Shown: positions 45,367-56,034 of the stretch, in pieces
How the letters are laid out: the number at the start of each line of letters is the position of its first letter
Position numbering within the stretch: the first letter of the stretch is position 1
Origin: Candidatus Paceibacter sp.
GTDB taxonomy: Bacteria; Patescibacteriota; Minisyncoccia; UBA6257; 02-FULL-45-10c
NCBI GenBank assembly: GCA_020724845.1
Contig: DYGE01000003.1
Span: 1,377 to 65,376 of the forward strand
Reading direction: 5' to 3'
DNA: 64,000 nt
Translations under genes and position numbers: made by a program
The notes under the pieces: generated by a model
The model's database searches: none
Told to the model about the DNA's origin: nothing
The model's input: only the letters and a program-made list of their open reading frames with translations

Positions 45367-46368
45367 ATGTTGGGGATAACTTATCCGGAACTAACCAGAT
45401 TTTTAATCCAGTTTGGCATCGCGGTCAGCGGAGCGGCCTCGCTTTGGGGATGCGTATTCGCGCTCAAAAGCCGCAAAAGCGGAGAAGTTATTTATGAAAA
45501 CTTATCTTCGCTGTTAATGTGGCTTTTTATAGCCGGATTTTTGATCTTCACCTTTAATTGGTGGATAGGCTCATTATTTTTATTTGTTCCTGATATTTTT
45601 GCTCATGAAGGGATCGTTGTCAGGCCGTCCGTGGACGCCGTGCTAAGGGGATTTGAACTTAATATGCCGCTGGTAACATTGATTATGTTATTGGGGATTT
45701 TGAACATTCACTGGTTTTTCTATTACAAGGAATTATGGAAAAAGTACGCTTCAGTTTTGTGGGGAGCGCAATTTTTGTTATTCAGCGCGGTTGCCGCGCT
45801 TTCTGCCGCGGCCCCGGATTTTTTAAGCAGGCTGCAGATGTTTTTTACATTGCATAATTGGCATTCTATACTCACTTTAGGGAGCGTAATCACCGTTGAT
45901 TATCTTTTTTTGGCGACTTTCCGCCTGCACAGCCATAAAAAATTCTTGTACGCTTTTTTCCCGATCATCAGCTTGTTTATTTGGATCGGCTTAGGAATAG
46001 ATTTTTTGAGCAACTTTTTGATTTTCGAAGACGCTTTTCGCTTAGATGACCAGTTTCTTTTCATCCAGACTATCGTGGCGATTATAATTATTAACGGCGC
46101 CATACTCTCTGGGCGGATTAATGAGCTGCTAATCAACTTTGCGGAATTGGCAAAAAGAGAACTCATTGACCCTCTTCTCAAGAAAGTTATTGCCGTTTCC
46201 GGCTCGGTATCGATCGTGTCTTGGCTCACAATAACTTTCATGGATTTTTTTGAATTTTCCGCGAAGTATTGGCAGTTTTGGGGGGTTTATCTGCTTGCTG
46301 TCGTTACGGCTTACACTATTCATGGCATTCTGGAATCGTTTTTCGCCAATGGCGAGCCGGCGCATTAA
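45367..46368 (+). CDS. Hypothetical polytopic membrane protein
   Basis: ORF with about 8 TM helices. Confidence 0.45.
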   Translation: MLGITYPELTRFLIQFGIAVSGAASLWGCVFALKSRKSGEVIYENLSSLLMWLFIAGFLIFTFNWWIGSLFLFVPDIFAHEGIVVRPSVDAVLRGFELNMPLVTLIMLLGILNIHWFFYYKELWKKYASVLWGAQFLLFSAVAALSAAAPDFLSRLQMFFTLHNWHSILTLGSVITVDYLFLATFRLHSHKKFLYAFFPIISLFIWIGLGIDFLSNFLIFEDAFRLDDQFLFIQTIVAIIIINGAILSGRINELLINFAELAKRELIDPLLKKVIAVSGSVSIVSWLTITFMDFFEFSAKYWQFWGVYLLAVVTAYTIHGILESFFANGEPAH

Positions 46369-46402
46369 AAAGACATCGCGCATTATTTAGCCAAATAAAA
46401 AA

Positions 46403-47485
46403 ATGAAAATAAATTTAAACATTTCAAAACTTTGGTTCAGCCTTTTGTTATTAGGCATCGGCGGTTTTTTTCTGACGTTTATTTTCCCGCATCCCCAGGG
46501 TTTCTACGCTTTCGCGGCGGTAGCGGCAGTCGGCGGCTTTGCCGTTTCCGCCAACGTTTATCGCGTGAAGCGATCTGATGACAAGCTAATATGCCCAATG
46601 GGCTCGGACTGCAATGCCGTAATTACCAGCAGATACTCGAAGTTTTTGGGTGTCCCGCTCGAGATATTGGGGATGATGTATTTTGCTATCGTTTTTTTGA
46701 CTTATCTATCTGTTTCATTTTATCCGGGGTTGTTAACGGGAACGTTTTTGACCGCAGCCATGGCGCTTTCGGCGGCAGCTTTCCTATTTTCCACTTATTT
46801 GCTGTTTGTTCAAGCATTTTTATTGCGGCAGTGGTGCGTATGGTGCATTCTGGCCGCCGCTTTTTCGTATTCGATCTTTTTGGCTTCTCTGACAAATTTG
46901 GATATGGCCAGCCAGTTTCTAATCAGGGCGGAAAATGTCTTAGCGGCCCTCCAATCTCTTGGATTCGCGCTGGGGATAGGTTCAGCTACCGCGGCAATCT
47001 TCGTTTTCTACAGGTTCTTGAAGGATCTTGATATTGACGAAAAAGAAATGGATACGCTGAAAGGCATTTCTGAAGTGGCCTGGGTCGGTCTTAGCTTTGT
47101 CCTGCTTAGCCAGCTCTCTCTTTACGTAGCCCAGCCCCAAATTTTGGCAGATTCAAATTTGTTTGTTTCCAGGATCATAGCGCTTTTTGCCGCCGCTTTT
47201 TTCGGGGCCGTTTTGATGGTTATTTTGGCGCCGTTTCTAGCATACATTCCTTTTGGAGAAAAGCCGGGGAAACACCATGTCTCGCTTTTGGAGGAGCTCC
47301 GCAAGCCGACGTTTGCGGCCGGAGCGTTGACGATTTCATCCTGGTATTTTGCTTTCTCAACAGCCTTTCTTCCTGAATATCCGCTTGGGTCATTGCTGGT
47401 ATTTTACGCATGCTTTGCGACTGCCGCCGTTATCTTAAGTTTGGCGTGGGAGCAAACGATTGCCGCAAAGTCCCTGCATAAATAA
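46403..47485 (+). CDS. Vitamin K epoxide reductase (VKOR)-family membrane protein with an additional C-terminal polytopic domain
   Basis: Loop Cys pair CPMGSDC and TM CxxC (CVWC), matching the VKOR family arrangement. Confidence 0.6.
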   Translation: MKINLNISKLWFSLLLLGIGGFFLTFIFPHPQGFYAFAAVAAVGGFAVSANVYRVKRSDDKLICPMGSDCNAVITSRYSKFLGVPLEILGMMYFAIVFLTYLSVSFYPGLLTGTFLTAAMALSAAAFLFSTYLLFVQAFLLRQWCVWCILAAAFSYSIFLASLTNLDMASQFLIRAENVLAALQSLGFALGIGSATAAIFVFYRFLKDLDIDEKEMDTLKGISEVAWVGLSFVLLSQLSLYVAQPQILADSNLFVSRIIALFAAAFFGAVLMVILAPFLAYIPFGEKPGKHHVSLLEELRKPTFAAGALTISSWYFAFSTAFLPEYPLGSLLVFYACFATAAVILSLAWEQTIAAKSLHK

Positions 47486-47584
47486 GCGCCGATTCTTTTT
47501 AGAAAGCCGTACTTGAGAGCGGGTTCCTTTTGAGCTATATTATTAGTAAGCATAAGTTGAAAGTAATTTCAATCATCGCTTGTT

Positions 47585-49618
47585 ATGTTCAACAAGATTA
47601 ATGATAGGTTTATAGAGTTCCTAACCAGGCGCGGCAACAAGAGAACCTTCTTTCTGTTAGTTTTATTGTTTCTTTTGCTGAATCCGCTGGTTTTTAACTT
47701 AGTGCTTGATTATAGAACCTATAACGGCATTGTTACCGAGAGCTTGCGGAATGAAAAAATGGATACGGCCGTCTTAGCCTCCCGCTTGTTTGAAGAAAGG
47801 CTTGATAACCTGGTTAACCTTGGGGTTTCTTTGGCTACCAGGGTCCAATTTAGAAGGGCGATTGAGCGAGGAGATTGGAACGAGGCGGCGCGAATAATCG
47901 GAGACGTTCCCCAAAACTTTTCATTTTTAGACAGGGTTTTCTTGACTGATCCGGAGGGCTTTGAAACGGCGGCAGTTCCGGAACTCATAGGGGGTGTTGG
48001 GAAAAATTTTGCTTTCAGGGATTGGTACAAAGGGGTAAGCAAAGATTGGAAGCCCTATGTTTCCGAGGTGTATAGGAGAGAGGCCATTCCTCAATACAAT
48101 TTAGTTGCCATTGCCGCGCCGATTATTTCCGAGAACGGTTCCGTGCTGGGGATCTTGGTTCTTCAATTAAGGTTAGAGAGTTTGGTTAGTCAGTTGAAGT
48201 CAATAAACGCGGGTGAAAGCGGTTTCGTGTATTTGGTTGACCAATACGGTCATGTTATTGGCCATCCGGATTTTCCGGTCCAGGATGAAATTGTTTCCGC
48301 CTTTGACGACTTTTTTATAAATGACGCGCTTGCCGGCAATGGCGATGTTGGAATTTTTGACAGCAAAATAGACGGCCAGGTTATGTTTTCCGCTTATTAT
48401 CCGATAGCTAAATACGGATGGAGCGTAGTTGTCTCCCAGCCGGAGAGCGTGGCCTTTGCTTTCAGCGGCGATTTGTTAAATAACAAGATCACGCTCGGTT
48501 TCATTTTTATAATTTTAAGTTCGGCCGTGATGCTGGTTCTGTTTAGGTTGATTTATATCTTGACTCTTTATCGGCAGAGGGAAAGAAGGATATTTGAGAA
48601 TATCGGGGACGGGGTTTTCACTATGGACAGGAACTGGAGAATCACTGACATTAACGATGCCGCGCTTAAAATCCTTGGGAAGGACAAGAAAGATGTTGTG
48701 GGCAGGAGCTTCAGGCAGGTTTTCAGATTCATCAGGGCGAATGACCGGCAAGAAAATATAAGGTTTATAGAAGAAGCGATGCTCTTCAAAAAAACCAAAT
48801 TTATGGAGAACCACACTCTTTTGATTACCGATGACGGAAGAGAGGTGCCGGTGGCTGACAGCGCCGCCCCCTTATTGGACGATTCCGATCAGGTAATTGG
48901 CGCGGTGGTCATTTTCCGGGACGCGACTAAGGAGAACGAAGCAAGGCAGCTCCGTTCCGATTTTGCTTATTCTTCCCATCAGCTCCGCACCCCGGTCAAT
49001 CAAGCGTCTTGGGCTTTGGAGGCTGCTATGGAAGCCAAAGATAGAGAAGAGGTTAATAAATATCTCAATACCGCTAGCCGGGCTTTGGACAGCACGATTG
49101 AGACTGTTGATAAAATCATACGGATATCGGAAATCAACCAAGGAATGGTTTCTCCGTCTATTAAGGAGTTCAAACTATCTGCCACCCTGGATGAGGTTAT
49201 TAGCGACTTAGAGAAAGCCACAAAGGAACGGAAAGTGGAAATAAAAAAGTCTTCCGGATTGGAAGAAATTTCATTGAGGTCCGACCCTAATTTGCTGAAA
49301 ACCATGCTTTTTGATGTGTTGGAGAACGCGATTTTTTATAGTCCTCTGGGCGGTAAAGTGGAAATTGCAGCTTCGGCGGATGAAGACTTGCTCATTATAA
49401 TCAGAGATTCCGGCATCGGCATACCGGCCGAGGAGCAGCCCCTGGTGTTTACCAAATTTTTCCGTGGCAGGAATTTTGACAAGCAGCAGATCGCCGGAGC
49501 GGGGTTGGGGCTAGCTATCTGCCAGGAATACGCGAAACTCCTCGGCGGGAAAATCTGGTTTAAGTCTAAAGAAGGCCAAGGAACTACCTTCTATATCTCA
49601 ATACCGCTCAACAATTAG
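47585..49618 (+). CDS. Sensor histidine kinase with an extracytoplasmic Cache-like domain, a PAS domain, HisKA and HATPase. No adjacent response regulator.
   Basis: Two TM helices around a roughly 250-aa periplasmic domain. H-box SHQLRTPVN. N, G1 and G2 boxes (GGKVEI, DSGIGI, GAGLGLAI). Confidence 0.8.
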   Translation: MFNKINDRFIEFLTRRGNKRTFFLLVLLFLLLNPLVFNLVLDYRTYNGIVTESLRNEKMDTAVLASRLFEERLDNLVNLGVSLATRVQFRRAIERGDWNEAARIIGDVPQNFSFLDRVFLTDPEGFETAAVPELIGGVGKNFAFRDWYKGVSKDWKPYVSEVYRREAIPQYNLVAIAAPIISENGSVLGILVLQLRLESLVSQLKSINAGESGFVYLVDQYGHVIGHPDFPVQDEIVSAFDDFFINDALAGNGDVGIFDSKIDGQVMFSAYYPIAKYGWSVVVSQPESVAFAFSGDLLNNKITLGFIFIILSSAVMLVLFRLIYILTLYRQRERRIFENIGDGVFTMDRNWRITDINDAALKILGKDKKDVVGRSFRQVFRFIRANDRQENIRFIEEAMLFKKTKFMENHTLLITDDGREVPVADSAAPLLDDSDQVIGAVVIFRDATKENEARQLRSDFAYSSHQLRTPVNQASWALEAAMEAKDREEVNKYLNTASRALDSTIETVDKIIRISEINQGMVSPSIKEFKLSATLDEVISDLEKATKERKVEIKKSSGLEEISLRSDPNLLKTMLFDVLENAIFYSPLGGKVEIAASADEDLLIIIRDSGIGIPAEEQPLVFTKFFRGRNFDKQQIAGAGLGLAICQEYAKLLGGKIWFKSKEGQGTTFYISIPLNN

Positions 49619-49964
49619 ATTTTTGTGCTCGGATAAAAATAGGCGCCCCTTCGGAACGCCTATTTTTTACTCTTGCTCATCCTCAAACGATTTTTTCAGT
49701 TCTTCCCGGAGTTCGGGGGTGTCCTGATGACCGTGGGCCGTGACCGCGTGGTTTATGGCCGCCGGCAGAAGGTGCTCTTCGCTGCCGCTCATTTTCAGGT
49801 CGCAATTTTTTTCGCTTGGCATTTTGCGGCAATCAATAGATTTTCTTGGCATGTTATTAAAATTTAAATTAATTTTGACCTTTAAGGTTAGTATACATTA
49901 AAACTATTTTGATAAAAAACCGCCCTTAGGGTCTTGACGGAGATACGCACGTTGGATACACTGA

Positions 49965-50225
49965 TTGCCCGAAGGGAAACCGTTCTTAAATAGCAAAAAC
50001 AGCGAGGGGGAGGGGGCGAGCGAGATGGCGGGAGAAGCGAAAGCGAAGCTGGTTCTGCACCACGACGATCCTCCGTGCGAGGCAAGGTTAGCCAATGGCT
50101 ACTGCCGGGAATGCCGGTTTGTGCCCGATATGCAAAGCACCTGCTTTTGGTATTATTGTCCCGGATGCGATATCCCTCTCAAGAAAATGAAATGCAAGGG
50201 ATGCAAGAGGGTATTTAAGAAATAG
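49965..50225 (+). CDS. Small Cys-rich protein (zinc-ribbon-like)
   Basis: CRECRF...CPGC...CKGC motifs. A terminator hairpin follows at 50223-50249. Confidence 0.35.
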   Translation: MPEGKPFLNSKNSEGEGASEMAGEAKAKLVLHHDDPPCEARLANGYCRECRFVPDMQSTCFWYYCPGCDIPLKKMKCKGCKRVFKK

Positions 50226-50301
50226 CCGCCGCAAATGGCGGCTTTTTTTGTCGTGGGCTGTTAATGTTGTATAATTAAATTAATTAATCCAATTATTATT
50301 T

Positions 50302-50778
50302 ATGAATAAACTTTTAGTTGTTATTGTAGCGCTATTATTAATTTCCGCTGGCGTTTACTGGGCAGTCCAATACTCTTCCAACTATGGCGGAAGCAATGGC
50401 GATATTTCCGGATTACTGGTTGGGGACAATGCCATTTATGTGGCGGACCAGCGTCCGGGGCCGTCAGTTAATATTAGTTTTGTTAAGCTTGCCAAAAATG
50501 GTTTCGTAGCGATACACGCGAGTGCTGATGGAAGGCCTGGCGCCATAGTCGGCAGCAGCGATTTTTTGGAGGCTGGCGAAACTAGGAATTTTGCAATTTC
50601 TCTTTCGCGTCTCGTTACCGAGGGTGAAGAACTATTTGCCATGCCGCACGTAGATGACGGGGACCTGGTTTTTAATCCAGCAAACGACCCTCCGGCGCTG
50701 GACTCGGAGAATAACGTTATGTTCATGAGGTTCTTTATTAGCGGGGGCGCTGAAGATCCAGGCGCAGTAAGTTTGTAA
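50302..50778 (+). CDS. Hypothetical secreted protein
   Basis: N-terminal TM/signal segment. Confidence 0.4.
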   Translation: MNKLLVVIVALLLISAGVYWAVQYSSNYGGSNGDISGLLVGDNAIYVADQRPGPSVNISFVKLAKNGFVAIHASADGRPGAIVGSSDFLEAGETRNFAISLSRLVTEGEELFAMPHVDDGDLVFNPANDPPALDSENNVMFMRFFISGGAEDPGAVSL

Positions 50779-50810
50779 AAGAAAATTTTCAATTTTTAAA
50801 ATTAAGACAT

Positions 50811-51407
50811 ATGACTATTATGACAAATCGTTTAAAGAATTATTTGGTATTCAGTGTTTCGCTAGCTGTTGTAGTTATGCTTTTCAGCGCTATCTTTGCT
50901 TTAGCGGCTAGCCATGAGGATGTCGGCGCTATGGCAGAAGAAAAAATGGAAGAAGCGCGCGAGAGGGCTGGAGAGGCAATGGAGAAAAGCAGGGCCGAGG
51001 AGCATCGGAGCCAAGTTTCCAGAGTTGCCGCGGAATTAAGAGAGCTTGCCGGGAAAGACAGGAATATAGGCGAGGAAATAAGAGAGGTGGCTATGGAACA
51101 GGAAGAGTCGTCAGAAAAAGCTGTAGAAGCTATGGAAAGCGCGGAGAAGAGAAATGCTTTTATAACTTTCTTATTCGGAACTGATTACGGCAGCTTGGGA
51201 CAATTAAGGAGCGAATTGGTAACTACGGAAAATCATATTAATCGCTTAACCGGAGCTATGGAGAGGGCTAGCGATCAAATGTTAAAAGACGATTTACAAG
51301 CCCAAATTGATGAGTTGCAGGCAGCTAAAGATTCGGTCGAAAGCTTTGTTAGGGAGCAGGAAAATAAATTCAGTTTGTTTGGTTGGCTGGTAAGATTGTT
51401 CCAATAA
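50811..51407 (+). CDS. Hypothetical secreted coiled-coil protein
   Basis: Signal anchor plus a Glu/Ala-rich helical region. Terminator at 51417-51445. Confidence 0.4.
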   Translation: MTIMTNRLKNYLVFSVSLAVVVMLFSAIFALAASHEDVGAMAEEKMEEARERAGEAMEKSRAEEHRSQVSRVAAELRELAGKDRNIGEEIREVAMEQEESSEKAVEAMESAEKRNAFITFLFGTDYGSLGQLRSELVTTENHINRLTGAMERASDQMLKDDLQAQIDELQAAKDSVESFVREQENKFSLFGWLVRLFQ

Positions 51408-51490
51408 CCCATAAAATTCCCCGCAACGCGGGGGATTTTTAGCATGCATAATAAAACAAGCCGCCCCTTATTTAGGACGGCAACCAAAGC

Positions 51491-52006
51491 TTACCAGGTA
51501 TACTCTTTTGAGTAATTTTTTAAGGCTTTTAGGGGAAAATAGCTTTGCCTCCTATGCTTCATCAAAAAACTTCGCGCCATATGATATTTTCTTGATCTCC
51601 CTTCTCCGCCAGGTACTATTAAACAAAGTACTGACGCGACACAAATTCCAAGCGGACCTAAGGCCAAGCCTGGACTATTAATCACTAATCCAGCGAAAGA
51701 ACTTAACACTGAAAGAATTCCCAAAGAAACCCCGACAGCCAGACAGGAGCGTTGAAGCAACGCCAAATTCCTGGTCCGCTCCGCGAGCAAATCGCCAAGA
51801 TCGCAAATCTGCTTGTCAGTAAGTTTGCTTATCTGTTTCTCCCCAATACCAAAGTATTCTGGGCAAAGATCGGTAAACAAATTCATAAACTCGTTATCTT
51901 TTCGGCTGATTTCCGCCGCCAAGCTCAAACTGCCAACTTTAGCAACCAGCTCATCCCTTTCGGTTTTTTTCACCAGTCCGCGATCGTCATTTTGCCCTTG
52001 CCCCAT
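51491..52006 (-). CDS. Hypothetical membrane protein
   Basis: ORF with C-terminal TM helices. Confidence 0.4.
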   Translation of the reverse strand: MGQGQNDDRGLVKKTERDELVAKVGSLSLAAEISRKDNEFMNLFTDLCPEYFGIGEKQISKLTDKQICDLGDLLAERTRNLALLQRSCLAVGVSLGILSVLSSFAGLVINSPGLALGPLGICVASVLCLIVPGGEGRSRKYHMARSFLMKHRRQSYFPLKALKNYSKEYTW

Positions 52007-52090
52007 CTTTTACCTCCCTATATAAATTTCAAAAATATTCAATCTGTGGAGATATTATCAGAAAAATACTCCTTCGTCAAGTGATTGACT

Positions 52091-52150
52091 TTTTGATGGA
52101 TCCGTACTATTGTATAAGCACCCAAAGCACTTTCACATTAGAGGGGAAAG
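52091..52150 (+). promoter_or_regulatory. Conserved leader/promoter element, copy A. About 85 percent identical to 54916-54976.
   Basis: GTACTATTGTATAAGCACCCAAAGCACTTTCACATTAGAGGGGAAAG-ATG aligned with copy B. Contains a -10-like TATAAG and an SD GAGGGG. Confidence 0.5.
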
Positions 52151-52357
52151 ATGAAGATTCTTAAGCAAGGGAAGAAGCCGGATCCTGACTGGGTTGGAAG
52201 AAGGGTTACGTGTGATTATTGCGGCTGCCTATTCCAGCTTGGCATGGAAGACAGAAAAAGTGTTCATTATGAATCAGACCAGAGAGAAGGGGATTACTAT
52301 ACGGTGAAATGCCCGATGAAAGATTGCCGAAAAAGGATTTATTTCAGCGCCCAGTAA
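52151..52357 (+). CDS. Small zinc-ribbon protein
   Basis: CDYCGC...CPMKDCRK. Downstream of the conserved leader. Terminator at 52365-52396. Confidence 0.45.
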   Translation: MKILKQGKKPDPDWVGRRVTCDYCGCLFQLGMEDRKSVHYESDQREGDYYTVKCPMKDCRKRIYFSAQ

Positions 52358-52488
52358 GAATATCTGCCGCGGCAAGAAGCCGCGGTTTTTTTATTTTCAA
52401 TTCTTGCTGAAAGTCTTTATTTGACTTTGCGGTTATTTTCATATAATATATAAGACGGCTGTTAACCAATAAAAGAAAGAGGGTCCGA

Positions 52489-53289
52489 GTGATTGTTGAC
52501 TTTCTGAAGGACTTAGTCGGCGCTTGGGGGGAGGAAGATAGGGAGTTGGCAAAGAAGCTTGGAGTTTGGGATCCGCATCCGTTTACCGTAAATCAGTATC
52601 TGACAGATCTGTTTATGATTGTTCCGGAAAATATCGGGCGGGATCATAAGTATCCTCCGCGATTCGCGGTTGCTAAAGAAGATGGGCTTTATAAGTTGCC
52701 TGACAAAGTTATCTTTTATAAGCAAAAACCAGAGATCGTTCCAAAGGGGCATAAGGTAACAGGCGTGCGTTTGAGCATTGATCTTGCCTATGAGGTTCCT
52801 CAAAAGCTTGTCAGGCGCGGATGTTGCCAAAGGTATTCCTTGCGCACCTCGGTCAAGCTTGACCGGAAGTTCGGAGGCGATCCCGTCTGCGGAGGAGGCA
52901 TTAAGCGGCTTTTCGCTCCCAGTTCAACCGAAAAGAGGGCGGCCAAAGATTTGCAGCGCGTACTTGAGAGGGGCAGATTTACGGGGACCACCTGGTTGCA
53001 TCAATATTTTGACTTTTGGTCTGACTGCTCTTACCGCGCCGAAGAGAATAGTTGTAGGATTGCGGTTTTCGTCGGTGGTGAAGATGCTGTGATGCGGCAC
53101 ATCAAAAGAGTTGCCGATCCTCGCGGGAAATACCCATATTATCTTGATGACGAGGGGCTCGAGAAAATGAAGGATTGGCAAAGGGAGCAAGAAGAGAGAA
53201 GTAAAAGAGGCGAATCCTTCACTCTAGTTTCTGTGCCGGAGTTTATGGATACCAAAACTTCCAAAGTGAGATTTGAAATTGTAAGCTAG
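52489..53289 (+). CDS. Hypothetical protein
   Basis: ORF 266 aa. Terminator hairpin at 53300-53325. Confidence 0.45.
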   Translation: MIVDFLKDLVGAWGEEDRELAKKLGVWDPHPFTVNQYLTDLFMIVPENIGRDHKYPPRFAVAKEDGLYKLPDKVIFYKQKPEIVPKGHKVTGVRLSIDLAYEVPQKLVRRGCCQRYSLRTSVKLDRKFGGDPVCGGGIKRLFAPSSTEKRAAKDLQRVLERGRFTGTTWLHQYFDFWSDCSYRAEENSCRIAVFVGGEDAVMRHIKRVADPRGKYPYYLDDEGLEKMKDWQREQEERSKRGESFTLVSVPEFMDTKTSKVRFEIVS

Positions 53290-53372
53290 GGCTTTGATTG
53301 CCGCCTATCAAGGGCGGCTTTTTAATTAAAAAATCCCGCTCGGGGCGGGAATTAGACTAGGGATTCATTCAG

Positions 53373-54818
53373 TTATCTTGAGAATTTTTCTATTTTCAGA
53401 TTCGGAAGCGCGGCTTGCAGGAATTTGGCCATGGCGTCGTCTTCCGCCGGACCGGGCCGATAGGTTCCGGAGTTGCCGGAGCAGATGATCTTGCCGCTCG
53501 GATCTTTCCAGAGCTCCCCGGCCCAGACAACGTACGGCTTAGTCTTGTCTGTTTGCTGGTTCTGTTCGCCGGGAGACCATAGGTATCCTGATACCAGAAC
53601 ATGTTTGGAGAGTATCCAATCCACCAGTTTGTTTCTGACAGTAATGCGCGAGATTATCAGGCGGGTAGCGGGCTTTTCTTTCGGTTTAGAAGCGGGTTTG
53701 CGCACGGCCACAATGTTGTATTTATTCTCCGAAGCCTCGGAATGAGTCCGCAGCATGTCGTAAATGTCTCGTTCGCTGCAGGTTCCGATTTCGTGGAATG
53801 CGGAGGCGCCCATTATCTTTCTCATCAGCCAGATGACCGGCTTTGAGAAAAGGACGGTCTTTTTGACGCGGGTGGCGAATCCCGGATTTTCTTGAGAAAA
53901 GGGCTTTAGCGCCTTTTGGAAGTAATCATCAGCACTGATTCTGTCTATCATTGCTTCAAAAAGAGCGTGCGGACCCCAGAGCTGGCGAAGCATTCTGCCG
54001 GGCAGGGGAGCCGCGGTTACTCTTACTTGAATGTCTTTCAGATAGTCGCTCTCTACTGGCAGGGCTGGCGCCACTTCGGCCAGCTCCGATTTTTTTGCGC
54101 CAACCGGCTTTAGCCCGCGGAACGGAGCCGTCAGCATCCCGTGGAGTTTTGCTCCCAAGGGGTGCTTTTTGAAGTGCCGGTAAGGCGTCGCGATTTCGGC
54201 TAAGATAATGCCGCGAGTGTACTCTTCCATGCTCATTCTGGTGGTCCGGATAACTTCGAAACCAATTGGTTCGCCATCAAAGAGAAGGCCGCCTTCCAAA
54301 AGAACGCTCATCAATTGGTATGGCCAGGTGATCGCGGAAAGCTTCTTGCTCTTGGAGCTGAATCCGGCGGATTCCAGCACTTGCATTGTTCCATTAACGC
54401 AGGTGCGGAATTTTTCCCCGCTTAGTTTGTCCATTTCTTTCCGTACGCGTTCTTGAGCGCTCGGCGGAAGATTCAGCAGGCGCAGCCAGATGCCTGACTG
54501 CAGAAACGATCCGGAATTACGCGTAATATTTTCGATATGCGCCGCTTTTCGCCAGAGCGAGTAAGCGGCGAACTTTTGGTAGCCGGTTCCGTCCGGCAAG
54601 GCAGTTACCAACGCGGTATTCGGCCTGCCGAAAACGATAAATGTCTCGTTATAATTGTCAAAGACATCCTCAACTCTGGCTACTCGAAAATCATTTACGG
54701 TTCGTTCCTGGACGTTGGCGTCAATAACTTTCTTGACCAGATTGCAGAAAAGAAATTCCGGCCGGTATTCGAACCGACGGGCGTAGCCGCGTTCTCTCTC
54801 GGATTCTTGATTTCGCAC
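53373..54818 (-). CDS. Large hypothetical protein (481 aa)
   Basis: ORF with a terminator hairpin at 53329-53357. No recognisable motif. Confidence 0.45.
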   Translation of the reverse strand: MRNQESERERGYARRFEYRPEFLFCNLVKKVIDANVQERTVNDFRVARVEDVFDNYNETFIVFGRPNTALVTALPDGTGYQKFAAYSLWRKAAHIENITRNSGSFLQSGIWLRLLNLPPSAQERVRKEMDKLSGEKFRTCVNGTMQVLESAGFSSKSKKLSAITWPYQLMSVLLEGGLLFDGEPIGFEVIRTTRMSMEEYTRGIILAEIATPYRHFKKHPLGAKLHGMLTAPFRGLKPVGAKKSELAEVAPALPVESDYLKDIQVRVTAAPLPGRMLRQLWGPHALFEAMIDRISADDYFQKALKPFSQENPGFATRVKKTVLFSKPVIWLMRKIMGASAFHEIGTCSERDIYDMLRTHSEASENKYNIVAVRKPASKPKEKPATRLIISRITVRNKLVDWILSKHVLVSGYLWSPGEQNQQTDKTKPYVVWAGELWKDPSGKIICSGNSGTYRPGPAEDDAMAKFLQAALPNLKIEKFSR

Positions 54819-54915
54819 AAGAACCTCCTGTAGTTTTGAGCTGCTGCGCGTATTTTAGCAGAAAAATTCGGACTTGACAAGCTTGGCTTTTTCTTTTCAA
54901 TTTGAATTGATTGCT

Positions 54916-54976
54916 TTTTGATATTACTTGTACTATTATATAAGCGTCTAAAGTACTTTTACATTAGGGGGAAAAG
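54916..54976 (+). promoter_or_regulatory. Conserved leader/promoter element, copy B
   Basis: GTACTATTATATAAGCGTCTAAAGTACTTTTACATTAGGGGGAAAAG-ATG. Contains the perfect palindrome AAAGTACTTT. Confidence 0.5.
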
Positions 54977-55972
54977 ATGAAGATGGTTCGATTGGGATTT
55001 ATCGGTTGCGGCGGGCACGCGTATTCGTCTCATGGTTTGGTGGCGGACAAGCTGCCGGAGCTTTTTCGGATAACCTCGGCTTTTGACCCGAATCTGGAGG
55101 TAGTTGATCAGTTTGTTAAACTGGCGCCTGATTTGTATCGCGCTTCCTCGGCAGAGGATTTGCTGGCCAGGCCGGACGTGGACGCGGTAGTGATTGCCAC
55201 CCCGCATCAGTTCCATCTTACTTTAATGGAAAAAGCGGTGGCTGCCGGCAAGCACGTTCTTTGCGAGAAACCGCTTTGGGTAGGCGACTATGCGAGAGTA
55301 ATGTGGAAAATTATTGAAGAAGCGGAGAAACGAAAGTTAGTTCTGACCAGCTGCCATCCGAGGCGCTATGAAAGAGAGAACGTTCGCCTGAAAATGGAAT
55401 TGCTGGAATATCGGGAGGCGTACGGCCGACTGGAAGAATTTAACTTCCGATTTTTTTATCACAAACCGAGTACTGATTGGAAAAAAGAGGATAGTTTGCT
55501 GCTGGATCATATGAACCATGAAATAGACCTGGTGAACTTTCTACTTGGCCACGCGCCGTTTTATCTTAGGAGGGTCTGCGACAGTTTTGACCGATATCAG
55601 GTTGTCGGCAGAAGGGAAGACGGGGTCAGCTTGTGTTTCAGCGGTTATCGCCGATTGGAAAATCGGATATACAACAATGAGCTGGAACTGATTTTTGACC
55701 GCGGCAGAGTCAGAGTTTTGTCTTCGCTTAAAAAGGGCTTGGTTGAAACCAGGGTCTTGGAGGAGCATTTTGACGCGTTCGGAGCTACTATTGATTCGCC
55801 GCGAGGGTCCGCCCCGTATAATCTTGCTTTTTTTGATGTGATGAGGAATTTCGGCGAGACCATCTTGGGCAGAGCGAAGAATTATCTGACGATCAGCGAT
55901 TTATTGACCAATACTGTTTCCTGCAATGTCCTGTTGGAGGAAGGTTATTATCATCAGTCCAGGAATTTTTAA
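54977..55972 (+). CDS. Gfo/Idh/MocA-family NAD(P)-dependent oxidoreductase
   Basis: N-terminal Rossmann motif [11 protein letters not shown]. Size (331 aa) and EKP motif typical of the family. Confidence 0.6.
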   Translation: MKMVRLGFIGCGGHAYSSHGLVADKLPELFRITSAFDPNLEVVDQFVKLAPDLYRASSAEDLLARPDVDAVVIATPHQFHLTLMEKAVAAGKHVLCEKPLWVGDYARVMWKIIEEAEKRKLVLTSCHPRRYERENVRLKMELLEYREAYGRLEEFNFRFFYHKPSTDWKKEDSLLLDHMNHEIDLVNFLLGHAPFYLRRVCDSFDRYQVVGRREDGVSLCFSGYRRLENRIYNNELELIFDRGRVRVLSSLKKGLVETRVLEEHFDAFGATIDSPRGSAPYNLAFFDVMRNFGETILGRAKNYLTISDLLTNTVSCNVLLEEGYYHQSRNF

Positions 55973-56034
55973 CCTCGCGTTGCGAGGTTTTTTAATTGCG
56001 AAGAATCGGTTAATTTTTGATATACTGAATATGT

